Below are positions 36,396 to 46,018 of a stretch of 64,000 nt of DNA, one piece after another. The stretch lies in the NCBI GenBank assembly GCA_012401045.1, contig GCA_012401045.1_4704.1; one strand, 5' to 3'. The notes under the pieces were generated by a model, which was not told the DNA's origin, searched no databases, and was given only the letters and a program-made list of their open reading frames with translations. The position numbers and the translations under genes were made by a program. Source of the stretch: a phage. Numbering within the stretch: position 1 is the first letter of the stretch; each line of letters begins with the position of its first letter.

Positions 36396-37196
36396 TCAAC
36401 TTTTTTCCAATAATGCTGCAACGTTCCGCGCGAAACGAATTACCTTGTAATTGCGGGTCTGTTTGATATCTTCTTCCCCATCACTGTCACCTTCAGACGG
36501 ATCTTCCCACATGAAGTCTTGTTCGTCCGCTTTCTGTAAGTAGCGGTATAACTGCACCATGCTGCGTGCGGTCGGAGAGATAGCGCGAAGCTCATCCAAT
36601 TCTTCATCCGTGAGCAGAACATGCGGTGAACGCAGTGGTTCCATTGTTGTATTACACAACAGACGAATCAGCAGATCGACGCACGGAATAACCGAACCTG
36701 GTGAGGCGATTTCTGGGTGTAATGTATAACCCCAATATACGGTGTTAAAATACGTCAAAACAGCAGGTAGTGACGGATGTTCCATCGCACGGCCAATTTG
36801 CTGTCTTACGATAGATGCACGATCGTTCAATACATCGAAAGTAATCTGCTGCGGTTCCATAACCGCAAGTGAAATACCGTATGCGTCAGCCACACCCAGG
36901 ATTTCATGAAGGGCCGAACGTTCTTCTTCGGTGGATATTGTCCCGATTGCCTTACGCCCTGCAAGGTCAATCAGCATCGGTGAAACAGCTTCTTTAACCG
37001 CATTAAAAGAAGCCTGGTAAGCGTGTTTGTGAATATACAGTGTCCACGCTAATGCGCGCTCAGCCGCATGAAGCAGATCGACATAAGACAGTTCTTGATG
37101 GCATGGGCCATACACACTCACAGCAAGCTTGGTGGCTTTCTCAGAGGCTTGCATAATAACATCTGGTGATTTAGGCATATCGCGTTCTTCTTGCAT
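36396..37196 (-). CDS. hypothetical protein (266 aa)
   Basis: Complete ORF. An alternative start is MPKSPDV at 37178. Confidence 0.55.
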   Translation of the reverse strand: MQEERDMPKSPDVIMQASEKATKLAVSVYGPCHQELSYVDLLHAAERALAWTLYIHKHAYQASFNAVKEAVSPMLIDLAGRKAIGTISTEEERSALHEILGVADAYGISLAVMEPQQITFDVLNDRASIVRQQIGRAMEHPSLPAVLTYFNTVYWGYTLHPEIASPGSVIPCVDLLIRLLCNTTMEPLRSPHVLLTDEELDELRAISPTARSMVQLYRYLQKADEQDFMWEDPSEGDSDGEEDIKQTRNYKVIRFARNVAALLEKS

Positions 37197-37284
37197 CTTT
37201 TAAATTCCTACTTAACAATAAAGTTCATATACGGCGTATGTATCCGTAGAATAATGGGTTCTGGTAAGATCTTACATCAAAATG

Positions 37285-37294
37285 ACGGCATAAA
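37285..37294 (-). promoter_or_regulatory. TTTATGCCGT motif, abutting a terminator hairpin
   Basis: Minus strand reads GGTACTTTTTATGCCGTCATTT. It lies 89 nt upstream of the start at 37196. Confidence 0.45.
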
Positions 37295-37299
37295 AAGTA

Positions 37300-37325
37300 C
37301 CTCCTTACCCATGTGGGTAAGGAGG
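37300..37325 (-). terminator. intrinsic terminator
   Basis: CCTCCTTACCC / GGGTAAGGAGG stem followed on the minus strand by TACTTTTTAT. Confidence 0.7.
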
Positions 37326-37478
37326 TTCGTCCATCACGACGAAAGGACGTTATGTGACGCGGTGTCCATAACGGCCCTGGTAGCAGGCATCAAAGATAAC
37401 AAAAAGGATGTAAGTTGAGCTAAACCACCTAAATACGGTAACGATTACTTCCGTACACAATATAACGCAACATCTTTT

Positions 37479-38288
37479 TTACCAATGATTAAAGCTGCCC
37501 GCTTTAACGACATCACAACGTAGGTGGTTACGTAACTGATCCAGGAAGACAACCGGACTGTCGCCAGACAACATAGCCAGCGCGTGTTGGCCACCGGAAC
37601 GAACAACAAGCTCATCGACCATTGGTGCTGTAATCGGGAGATCATACGCATCCATGATTGCTTTGGCTTCCTGTTCTACGTCTTTCTGGAACCCTTCCAT
37701 CGTCGGAGAGTCATATTTGGTTGCAAACTCGATCCCAGGCAAGTTAACGTAATCGTAAGTCATGACACGGGTCATAACACGACGGCGCTCACGTTGCCAG
37801 ATCTGAGGATCGGTTAACGCGCGAACCGAAAAACACACGTTCACCAACGGCGTTTCAAAATCTTTACGTAATGGATCACCGTACGGCCCGCAAGGAATAA
37901 CATCCCCCATCACCATCACGACAGGACGACCACGACGATCGCGTCCCGCTTCTTCTAACCAAATCTTAGAAAAGCAATGGCTTACCTTCGTTTCTTCGAT
38001 TCGTAACGCTCGCTGCAAAAAGCTGGTTGCATCCTGACCGATCTCTGGTTTAGGGTGACCGTATTCACCTTTCAACGAACGATTGCGTGCGTTTGTTTGC
38101 AGTAAGCTGTTTTCCAGAAACAGCGGTTTCGAACGCTCAAGTTCGTAATATTCTTCGGTATTGTTAAAACAGTTAAATCCGCCGATAACACAGGTGTAGG
38201 CACCGTCAGCATTAGGACGGATAATACCTTTCTTATTCACACCAAGATAACTGGTGCAAACAAGATTACTAATTGGTGGTTGCATCAT
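37479..38288 (-). CDS. probable prohead protease (269 aa)
   Basis: LKGEYGHP and CFSVRAL resemble the His and Ser blocks of T4 gp21-type prohead proteases. Its position relative to the vRNAP genes mirrors phiKZ gp175 to gp180. Confidence 0.45.
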   Translation of the reverse strand: MMQPPISNLVCTSYLGVNKKGIIRPNADGAYTCVIGGFNCFNNTEEYYELERSKPLFLENSLLQTNARNRSLKGEYGHPKPEIGQDATSFLQRALRIEETKVSHCFSKIWLEEAGRDRRGRPVVMVMGDVIPCGPYGDPLRKDFETPLVNVCFSVRALTDPQIWQRERRRVMTRVMTYDYVNLPGIEFATKYDSPTMEGFQKDVEQEAKAIMDAYDLPITAPMVDELVVRSGGQHALAMLSGDSPVVFLDQLRNHLRCDVVKAGSFNHW

Positions 38289-38366
38289 AACCCCTTTATA
38301 AGCAACTGAATGAAAAAAGCGTTACATTCCCGCTTTTACGTCAGAAGGTGACGCGTAAGCGTTATA

Positions 38367-39098
38367 TCACCATTCATACGATCCGGCGCACTGATGCCCC
38401 AACAGTACCAACGCGTCGTCTTTGGCAGCTAGGTATTTCTCTAACGTTATCCGTGAAACAGACACATTAGAGAAATCCATCACACCTAAGCGATGATCGT
38501 AATGGTTAATTTGCATCCGGTAATAACCTTTCTTTACCACCAGAAACTCGCCTTGACGCAACCATAGCGGAACGTTATCAACCTCCGCATGGATATAAAA
38601 CACCGGACATTCTGTCGTAACGGAGTTTTCCTTCCCATCGCTATCTGTAATCTTCCCTTTGGGAACAGCCGCGATAAAACATTCTCCGATACGCTCGGTT
38701 TGATACCCGTTTGGATAGCGCGGATCGTGAAATAACCAGTGCTCATCGCTAATATCAACATCGGATAATAACGTACGATGTGGACGTAAGGCGATATCAA
38801 ACGGAACACGATAAATAACGTACCCGCCTAACCAATGGGCTAAGTGACCGCCAGAAAAATACTGCTTGATTGCGGTACTGTAACCGTATATACAACCCAT
38901 CAAACTGCTGGACACACAGATCCTTGGAAACGACCCGTCTTCCATACGCAAGGTACGTTGAGGGATACGTGGCATCATCGTTTTCAGTTCGGTATCGGTG
39001 CTAATATGCAATAAACCGAAAGGAAGCGTTTTGCTCGGCACCCACGCACAACGTTCCATAATCGCTCTTGGGACAATAGTCTCGATAGACGATAACAT
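38367..39098 (-). CDS. hypothetical protein (243 aa)
   Basis: Complete ORF. Confidence 0.55.
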   Translation of the reverse strand: MLSSIETIVPRAIMERCAWVPSKTLPFGLLHISTDTELKTMMPRIPQRTLRMEDGSFPRICVSSSLMGCIYGYSTAIKQYFSGGHLAHWLGGYVIYRVPFDIALRPHRTLLSDVDISDEHWLFHDPRYPNGYQTERIGECFIAAVPKGKITDSDGKENSVTTECPVFYIHAEVDNVPLWLRQGEFLVVKKGYYRMQINHYDHRLGVMDFSNVSVSRITLEKYLAAKDDALVLLGHQCAGSYEW

Positions 39099-39099
39099 A

Positions 39100-39810
39100 T
39101 CACCCCCTCAGAATCGCTTCTGTTTCGCTGATCGTATCCGCAGGATAAACCAAACTACTATCGATTGCGTTATTCACGTAACCACCCATTAAGTTGGTGA
39201 TGGTGTTTGTACCACTATCGATAATGTTTCGTAATCCGATATCGATGGCTTTTAACGTGCTGCGTTCCTCATCCGAAAGCAAACGCCATGCTCGACGACG
39301 ATCGTTGGGGTCACGTGTGGTGATAGAAGCCAGAACAGAATAGATGCTGCTATCCGCATTCAGTTTAACGCCTGCCAATTTCGCTGACGTGTAGAGCAGC
39401 TGATATTTTTCTTTCTCAGTGTACCACCATGGCACTTTACCGAGCGTATAGATCTCGTTATACATCAGCCATGGGAAAGAGTTTCGCATCACGACATCGG
39501 TTGACACCAACACCGTGTCACCGGGAAGAAACACAAACTCATAAAACGGCTGGCCATCCATGGTAATTTCACGGATGTCAGACGGGTCGATATGGAGCTG
39601 GGTCAATGCGTGGCTGACACCATACTGACCATCGGGAAGAATAATCGGGCAGCACGCACAAACCCGGTTCTCACTCCCGATGATAGATAAACCCAATCCC
39701 TCGTAACGGACGGGTGTCAGAATCGAACACCCGCCACGAGTAACAACAGATTTATCTTCTTGTATGTCCCAGTCCGCAAGCACCGCAGCACCGTTGCGGA
39801 CAAGCGCCAT
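39100..39810 (-). CDS. hypothetical protein (236 aa)
   Basis: Complete ORF abutting its neighbours. Confidence 0.55.
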   Translation of the reverse strand: MALVRNGAAVLADWDIQEDKSVVTRGGCSILTPVRYEGLGLSIIGSENRVCACCPIILPDGQYGVSHALTQLHIDPSDIREITMDGQPFYEFVFLPGDTVLVSTDVVMRNSFPWLMYNEIYTLGKVPWWYTEKEKYQLLYTSAKLAGVKLNADSSIYSVLASITTRDPNDRRRAWRLLSDEERSTLKAIDIGLRNIIDSGTNTITNLMGGYVNNAIDSSLVYPADTISETEAILRG

Positions 39811-41334
39811 TTACACCTCGCTAATCTGGATAACGTAAAGCTGCTGGGCCACGTAATCGGTGGTCAGATGCATCGTTGCGATGGTCGCTGCTTCGAACAC
39901 CGTGAGTTCAGGACGTTCACGCATAATCAAATCGATCTCATCGATGAGACGGTTAACGCCTTGAGCGTCTTCGTGATGCATGGTTTTCACGTACAGCGTA
40001 CGGAAATACTGCTGGAAGTTAGCTACGTCGGTATCGGTAAGGGTAGCAACTTCACCACGTACGATTTCCATAACCTTCTTACGGGTATCTTCATCGAGGT
40101 CCACTGTAATCAGGTCAGCAAATACGCCCTGCAATGCCAACGCGTATGCACGTAAGCGGTTTGCGGCCTGCTGACTGGCTTTCATGTTGATGTAGTTACG
40201 GTAATGCTGCATGAAGCCTGCACCGTTAGCCAACAGCTCATCTTTACTGATGAGTTCACGTTCTAACAGGACAGCTGCGGTCAGTGCTTCCGGCGAACCA
40301 CCTTCTTGCAGATAACCCATGTAGACATCTGCGTTAACGAAAATCGTCATCGTTGACGCATCTTCAGCACGTTGAATCTGAGAAGCCGACGGTGCAGAAA
40401 GAATCAGCTCACCACGCTCCATACGCAGGATACGATCACGACCGACGCGGGCCATCCCGTTGATCGCCGCAGCGCGAGCTTGTTGCATTTTAGCGCGGTA
40501 GTTTTCAAGCATCATGTCGTTGCCGTCCTGGATATCTTCCAGCAGGTTAACGGCCCACATATAGCAGAGGAATGCAGGAGTTGCCGCAGCGCGGGAACCG
40601 TGGAATGCAACGTTATCGCTATCCGGATATGTAATCAGATAAGCGGTGTTGTTCGAAGAAGGAGCGGAACCACGGAAGAAATAGTTGTAGATGTCTTCCA
40701 GTGCCTGATCGCTCATCCCTTCCGTTGCTTGCTGTACAAAACGATCCAGGTTTTCATTACCGGTATACAGCAACGTACGCAGCTTATCGCCGGTGATAAA
40801 CGCAAGCTTTTCGGTTGGGGTGAAATCGTTATTAATCGAAATCAAGCCATTGAGATCGTAATCGCTAACTAAGGCCTGGTATTCTTCGGAGTTATAAAAC
40901 TCAGGGTAGTAACTCAGACTTACTGTCGGGATCAGTTTCGGTGCCAGGATGATCGAATCGATGCGTTTTTCCAGTTCCGGGTACAGTGCACGGCATTTCG
41001 GCAGGATGGTATTACGCGCCAACTCTTTGGCATACACCACTTTTTCCACCACGTCTTGAACTGCGGTCTGTAAAACTTCATCGTGGATATAAACCTCGCG
41101 TTCGCTGGCAGGTGCTACAGCGCCATCTTCGGTTTCATCAAGTGTTTCAGCAACAACCATACGTTCAGCACTAAGCTGCACCAACGCATCTGCGTCTTCC
41201 GGTGGCTGGTTCCAATGCATGGTTTCACAAACCGCGGCTAACGGCGTGCCCGGAATGGCTGCGACGATTTGATTACGTTTGATAAACCCTTCGACAATGG
41301 GCTCAACAGCATAGACGGTTTTATTGGTGATCAT
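39811..41334 (-). CDS. hypothetical protein (507 aa)
   Basis: Complete ORF with biased codon usage. Possibly a virion protein, judged from context only. Confidence 0.55.
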   Translation of the reverse strand: MITNKTVYAVEPIVEGFIKRNQIVAAIPGTPLAAVCETMHWNQPPEDADALVQLSAERMVVAETLDETEDGAVAPASEREVYIHDEVLQTAVQDVVEKVVYAKELARNTILPKCRALYPELEKRIDSIILAPKLIPTVSLSYYPEFYNSEEYQALVSDYDLNGLISINNDFTPTEKLAFITGDKLRTLLYTGNENLDRFVQQATEGMSDQALEDIYNYFFRGSAPSSNNTAYLITYPDSDNVAFHGSRAAATPAFLCYMWAVNLLEDIQDGNDMMLENYRAKMQQARAAAINGMARVGRDRILRMERGELILSAPSASQIQRAEDASTMTIFVNADVYMGYLQEGGSPEALTAAVLLERELISKDELLANGAGFMQHYRNYINMKASQQAANRLRAYALALQGVFADLITVDLDEDTRKKVMEIVRGEVATLTDTDVANFQQYFRTLYVKTMHHEDAQGVNRLIDEIDLIMRERPELTVFEAATIATMHLTTDYVAQQLYVIQISEV

Positions 41335-41567
41335 TACTGCGCTCCCTCCAACGCATTACTACCTACGGGTTCTTTGGTTTCCAGACGGCTGTTTAAGCGC
41401 GCAGCAACCGCATCTTCCAATCCCAACGGCATAACCTTTTTGTTCACGTCAGGATCGGCGGCATCATTACCAACGGTTTGACGTACGACCTCAGCAACCA
41501 ACGTTACCGCGTTCGTCAGCGCAACAAAGCTCGCTGCCCGAGCCGTGTTAAGTTGTTCTTGGTTCAT
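41334..41567 (-). CDS. hypothetical protein (77 aa)
   Basis: Small ORF with a 1-nt overlap with the downstream gene. Confidence 0.5.
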   Translation of the reverse strand: MNQEQLNTARAASFVALTNAVTLVAEVVRQTVGNDAADPDVNKKVMPLGLEDAVAARLNSRLETKEPVGSNALEGAQ

Positions 41568-41642
41568 TCACTTTTCCTTTTAATGTCAGAGCATCGCATT
41601 CTTGACGTACGTCAAGAAGGTACTGCGTTCAGCGAAATAAAC

Positions 41643-41668
41643 GAGCAGGGGCATGAAGCCCCCTGCTC
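41643..41668 (-). terminator. intrinsic terminator after vRNAP beta
   Basis: GAGCAGGGGC / GCCCCCTGCTC stem followed on the minus strand by GTTTATTT. Confidence 0.65.
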
Positions 41669-44600
41669 TTATTTAGCGTCGTTAAAGTAAATATCAACAG
41701 CTCGTTCCGTTGCGTAGAGGAGACCAAGATTCACAGTCCCAACCACTTCCGGTGAACCGATGATACGGTTAGCGATACTGGTGCCACTGAAGATAGCATC
41801 AAGGGTGTGCCCGTCTTCGGTTTTGTTCACACCATGACCCACGGAAGAGACAACGGATTTCGCTTGAGCTGCGAAGGTACCTTTATCGCCCATCCCCGCA
41901 CCAAGGTCGTAACGCATGAAAATACGGATTGCGATCTGGTTCTCGCCTAACGGATTACCGTCTATTCTCACGTTACTGTTATTGATACGCCCCGTAGCTG
42001 CTTCGTTGAGTTTCAGTTCCTTAACGCGTTTAGCTCGCGCTTTATCTGCATCACCGACGAGCGCCGCCATGGTTTCACTCATATCCTCAATCTGAGCGCG
42101 GTACAACACATCGATCTGTACAACTTCACCATGAACGTCAGCACGTGGGTTATACTGACTCATACGACGTAATGCTTCAACGGCTTCCTGACTCTCATCA
42201 CTCAGATCGGTCGCAATCGGTTCTTCCAGTGTTGCAAGGATCGTTCGTGGTTCAACATGATCGCCGATTTTCACGAGACCACGAATGTTGAGATGGGCGT
42301 CAACGATGAGCGTACGGCTCTTAATCGATGGTGTTACGAGACGATCGGCAAGATTGTCGAAGATATACGAACTGTCCTCGTGAGTCTCTGGAATATCCAG
42401 AATACCGACAAGAGACAGAACACCTGCGCGCCAAACAACCTGACCTGGGTTCCACCAATCGCGTTTAAAATAAAGACGATGGAAGACCACCACATCCTGA
42501 TCCTTAACGCGATCCCCGACTTTATAATCGGTAATAAGATCGTGAGGATAATACTTACCTGGTCCTTTCCCGATTATCGTGCCGAGTTGGAAAACCTCTT
42601 CTCCTAACTCTGGATCGTCGTATTGTATCGTAAGCGCAGTTTTGGTGACCTTCTTAACAACACCATCGCCTTGGGCAGCTGCTGCGAAGAGCTTACCAAC
42701 ACGATGCGCGATAACGGTCTCACCGCCGGTGCGCCACGGTTGTACATCGTAACCCTCAGCGGCAATCATGCGGTTGTGTTGGATCCCGACGAAGACCAGA
42801 CGTTTTCCATCATCACGGTCTACGGCTGGAACAGCTAACGCCGACGTACTCATTACCGATGAGATACCGTCTGTCTTTTCATCGAATGGTCGTGTTTCAC
42901 CATACACCGACACGATATTAGCATTAGGTGCAAGGTAAGCTGAGATACCCACATCCCCACTATCTTTCGTACCCTCTGACACAATACCAACATCGGACTT
43001 GTCGTATTCACGATCACGTGCGCGTCGAAGCGATGTCTTTGAACGACCCCCGATACCGGTCATCGTTGCTTCTTCACCCTGCTTGATATCCAGCATCGGG
43101 TTGGTTTCATCGATCACGATGGACGCGCTGTCGTCGAGAATTTGGTTCCAGACGCTTACCGGACTGATTGAGATTTTCTGGCGATTTCCTTGACTGCTGT
43201 TCTCATTCTGACGAATAGCGCCAACCAGATCCTTATACACCAATTCAGCGAACTTATCGTACGTTTTAAAACGTTGGTAGTTCACATCGTTGGTGTTAGG
43301 TGCCCAGTCATCCAGAAGCAGTTCAACAGCACGCAGTAACAACATGGCGAAATCGGTAGGTTCTCCCATGTTCTGTAGCAACGTACGGCTTACCGGATCA
43401 ACGAAAAGACGCTCCATGAGTTCAAGTTCGCGTAAATGGCGAACCTTAAGTCCAGCACCATCAACAACGTTAAAATAGATATCTCGATTGTCGAAAGCAC
43501 CGCGAGCGTAACCGATGTAGTTACGGTATTCGTTAAACCCACCCAGCAACAACGTCGTCATGCGATCGTCTTTACTGAAGATCAAACTTTCGTCATCAAA
43601 GCTCACCGCGAATTCATCGGGTGCTAATCCCATACGAGAACCGCGAGGTACCGTACGATAGTTCGCTTTAAGATGTTCTAATAACGGGGTAAGTCCACCC
43701 AGATAACTTAGAACGACACCAACCGGAATACGTACACCCATGAATTCAAGATCGGCGGCTTCGATCGGCATCTTAGCCGCATTGATACCGAAGAAATCAG
43801 GGAACGTCCCTACAGGTGTTGGTGTTTGTCCTGACTGACAGATATAGAGCTGATTGCGTTTATCGATTGCTAAGAATTCACCCAGCGTGTTACGCGCAAA
43901 CGTCAGGAGCCCTTCGGCTAACTGTTCGTTGAACCGATCTTCCCCGATGAACTCCGGCAATGTCTTTGTATCGAGACGTATATCCCAATCAGCAAATTGG
44001 ATTTGGGTATAGTTGCGTGCAAGCACAGCGAAGTAATACGGGACTTTGACGGCCGGATCAAAGACGTTACCACGTTTTAACGTGGTTAAGGGTGAGGACT
44101 TATCGTAATACATCGCTGTAAGTTGGCGTGTTAACCAACGACCGGCGTTATTAACGACACGCTCTGAACGTTTAACAAACACCTTACCGTAGGCGGTACT
44201 CAACGCAACTTCGGATGATGATACCTTTCTAATAGGTTTATCAACACGTTGTTTACGCATCCGGTATTTGATGCCGTTAACGACATAAATGCCGTCCTTA
44301 CGAACCTTCGGCAACATCACCGGGAACGTGGTTGGGACACCGCCTACAGGGGCCAGTTTAATCGTGATAACTTGATAATCCCCCATCACGTCAACAACAT
44401 CTTCAACTTTATATCCCGTGACAGGGTAACCTGCCTGTTGTACGGCAACAACAGCGGCTGCGATGTCCTTTTGCATCACGTGTTCAACGTAATGTTTATC
44501 CCACACCGCAAGCGTCGATTTACATAGGCTCTTATCGACGATAACATCCGCTTCCGGCATAACCTTTGCTGGCGCTAATTTCGCGGCTTTTGGTTTAACT

Positions 44601-46015
44601 TCAACATACTCAGCAAGTGTTAATCCAGAACCGTCGGGTGCTTCGATTTCATGGATGGCGTCGGCATTACGCATCGCTGCTTTATATTGGACACCGCTTA
44701 ACTGACCCGCATCCGCCAGATCGCTCGCGCGCACCAACACCGCATCCGATAACGACTGAATATATTCACCGTGTGTTTTTGGTAACGTTGCCGCGTCAAA
44801 GACATCAACCTTTTCTTCTTCGGTATCGTCGGTAACGACCTCGAAGAGATCGTCGGTAATGTCCTGATCTTCATCGGGTTGGAAATCCGGCTGTACTTCT
44901 ACCCCGGGTACTTCACGGACATCTTCGAACGAGCGTTCTACAATGGCGTTCCACGCATCAGCGTCATCGTCTTCATCCGACCCACCAACCAACTCCGCTT
45001 CTAACTCATCGGGATCAAGAACAGTGGCCAGATCCTCACCGTTAGGAAGCACGACGTCGCGATCATCGTACTCTGCATCCGGGCTGTCCGCAAGAATATC
45101 TCGCTCTTGACGAAGAACCTGTTCCTCTTCTTGTTTCTGTTCTTCTTCATTCGCGCTCTGCGACCATAGACGTGTTACCGCCATCATCCAACGACGCTGG
45201 AAGGTTTCGAGTGTCGTTTTATCGAGTTCTTCCCCTTCCTTTACAAGCCCGGTACGCCATTCTTCCAACAGGCCGAGATTCAGCGTAAAGAAGTACACGC
45301 CGTCTGTAAATACAACGTTAAGCTTATCCAGCGTGGCTCTGTCTAACGAAGCCATCGTGCTGTTCTCACGATCGGTTCCCAGCCAGCGGAAGAAGTCAAA
45401 GAACGACAGCTCCTCCGGCGTAGCGAAATTCATGAGGTTGTTACGGGTCGGTGCCTGTTGCGTGGTACGCATCAACGAAATCTTCGGCAATGTTGACGGT
45501 ATACGGAACAACAGAAAGTGTTGGCGATCGCTTTGCTGCGCGATTTCGTTGGCTTTCGACCAAATTGTTTTACGTACGTTGAACCATTCATCATACCAAC
45601 GGGTGAGCGTTGGACGATAGATGTACATGTGGTTAAGATGTGCGTAGTTAGCAACGATCTGAGCGTTGATGTTTTTCTCCACCGTACTTAGATCGGTAAC
45701 CAAACGAAAACGACGATGTGACGCACGATAATCCAATTTCGCTCGTGGGAGCTGGAATCGCTGATCACGTCGAGGTGCACCCTGTTTGGTTGCGAGATCA
45801 TCAGCAAACGAAATCCATAGTTGAGCACTTTCTTTACTCAACATGTATTCGTTTTCTGGAGGACCTATCAATGAAGGATCCGTTGCGGTGTAATGATAGA
45901 CAGCATAACGTGGCAGCTGCAATAGCTGCACTAAACGTAATCTCGGTGACAATAGCTCTTGGTAGCGTCTGACGCCAAACTGTCGGTAGTAATCAAGGTA
46001 TTTAAGTTTTGCCAT
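41669..46015 (-). CDS. virion RNA polymerase beta subunit, N-terminal/major fragment (1448 aa, phiKZ gp178-like)
   Basis: NPMLDIKQGEEATMTGIGGRSKTSLRRARDREYDKSDVGIVSEGTKDSGDVGISAYL aligns by eye to E. coli beta [57 protein letters not shown]. The C-terminal GDKGTFAAQAKSVVS..EDGHTLDAIFSGTSIANR matches [35 protein letters not shown]. The protein ends right after this block. Confidence 0.85.
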   Translation of the reverse strand: MAKLKYLDYYRQFGVRRYQELLSPRLRLVQLLQLPRYAVYHYTATDPSLIGPPENEYMLSKESAQLWISFADDLATKQGAPRRDQRFQLPRAKLDYRASHRRFRLVTDLSTVEKNINAQIVANYAHLNHMYIYRPTLTRWYDEWFNVRKTIWSKANEIAQQSDRQHFLLFRIPSTLPKISLMRTTQQAPTRNNLMNFATPEELSFFDFFRWLGTDRENSTMASLDRATLDKLNVVFTDGVYFFTLNLGLLEEWRTGLVKEGEELDKTTLETFQRRWMMAVTRLWSQSANEEEQKQEEEQVLRQERDILADSPDAEYDDRDVVLPNGEDLATVLDPDELEAELVGGSDEDDDADAWNAIVERSFEDVREVPGVEVQPDFQPDEDQDITDDLFEVVTDDTEEEKVDVFDAATLPKTHGEYIQSLSDAVLVRASDLADAGQLSGVQYKAAMRNADAIHEIEAPDGSGLTLAEYVEVKPKAAKLAPAKVMPEADVIVDKSLCKSTLAVWDKHYVEHVMQKDIAAAVVAVQQAGYPVTGYKVEDVVDVMGDYQVITIKLAPVGGVPTTFPVMLPKVRKDGIYVVNGIKYRMRKQRVDKPIRKVSSSEVALSTAYGKVFVKRSERVVNNAGRWLTRQLTAMYYDKSSPLTTLKRGNVFDPAVKVPYYFAVLARNYTQIQFADWDIRLDTKTLPEFIGEDRFNEQLAEGLLTFARNTLGEFLAIDKRNQLYICQSGQTPTPVGTFPDFFGINAAKMPIEAADLEFMGVRIPVGVVLSYLGGLTPLLEHLKANYRTVPRGSRMGLAPDEFAVSFDDESLIFSKDDRMTTLLLGGFNEYRNYIGYARGAFDNRDIYFNVVDGAGLKVRHLRELELMERLFVDPVSRTLLQNMGEPTDFAMLLLRAVELLLDDWAPNTNDVNYQRFKTYDKFAELVYKDLVGAIRQNENSSQGNRQKISISPVSVWNQILDDSASIVIDETNPMLDIKQGEEATMTGIGGRSKTSLRRARDREYDKSDVGIVSEGTKDSGDVGISAYLAPNANIVSVYGETRPFDEKTDGISSVMSTSALAVPAVDRDDGKRLVFVGIQHNRMIAAEGYDVQPWRTGGETVIAHRVGKLFAAAAQGDGVVKKVTKTALTIQYDDPELGEEVFQLGTIIGKGPGKYYPHDLITDYKVGDRVKDQDVVVFHRLYFKRDWWNPGQVVWRAGVLSLVGILDIPETHEDSSYIFDNLADRLVTPSIKSRTLIVDAHLNIRGLVKIGDHVEPRTILATLEEPIATDLSDESQEAVEALRRMSQYNPRADVHGEVVQIDVLYRAQIEDMSETMAALVGDADKARAKRVKELKLNEAATGRINNSNVRIDGNPLGENQIAIRIFMRYDLGAGMGDKGTFAAQAKSVVSSVGHGVNKTEDGHTLDAIFSGTSIANRIIGSPEVVGTVNLGLLYATERAVDIYFNDAK

Positions 46016-46018
46016 GGG

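Noticed and set aside
37328-37478. A tRNA-like fragment (GGTGGTTTAGCTCAAC on the minus strand) in the 282-nt gap.
   Set aside because: There is no matching D-stem return (GAGC), no anticodon arm, no T-arm GTTCRANNC and no acceptor pairing. The region contains only simple hairpins.
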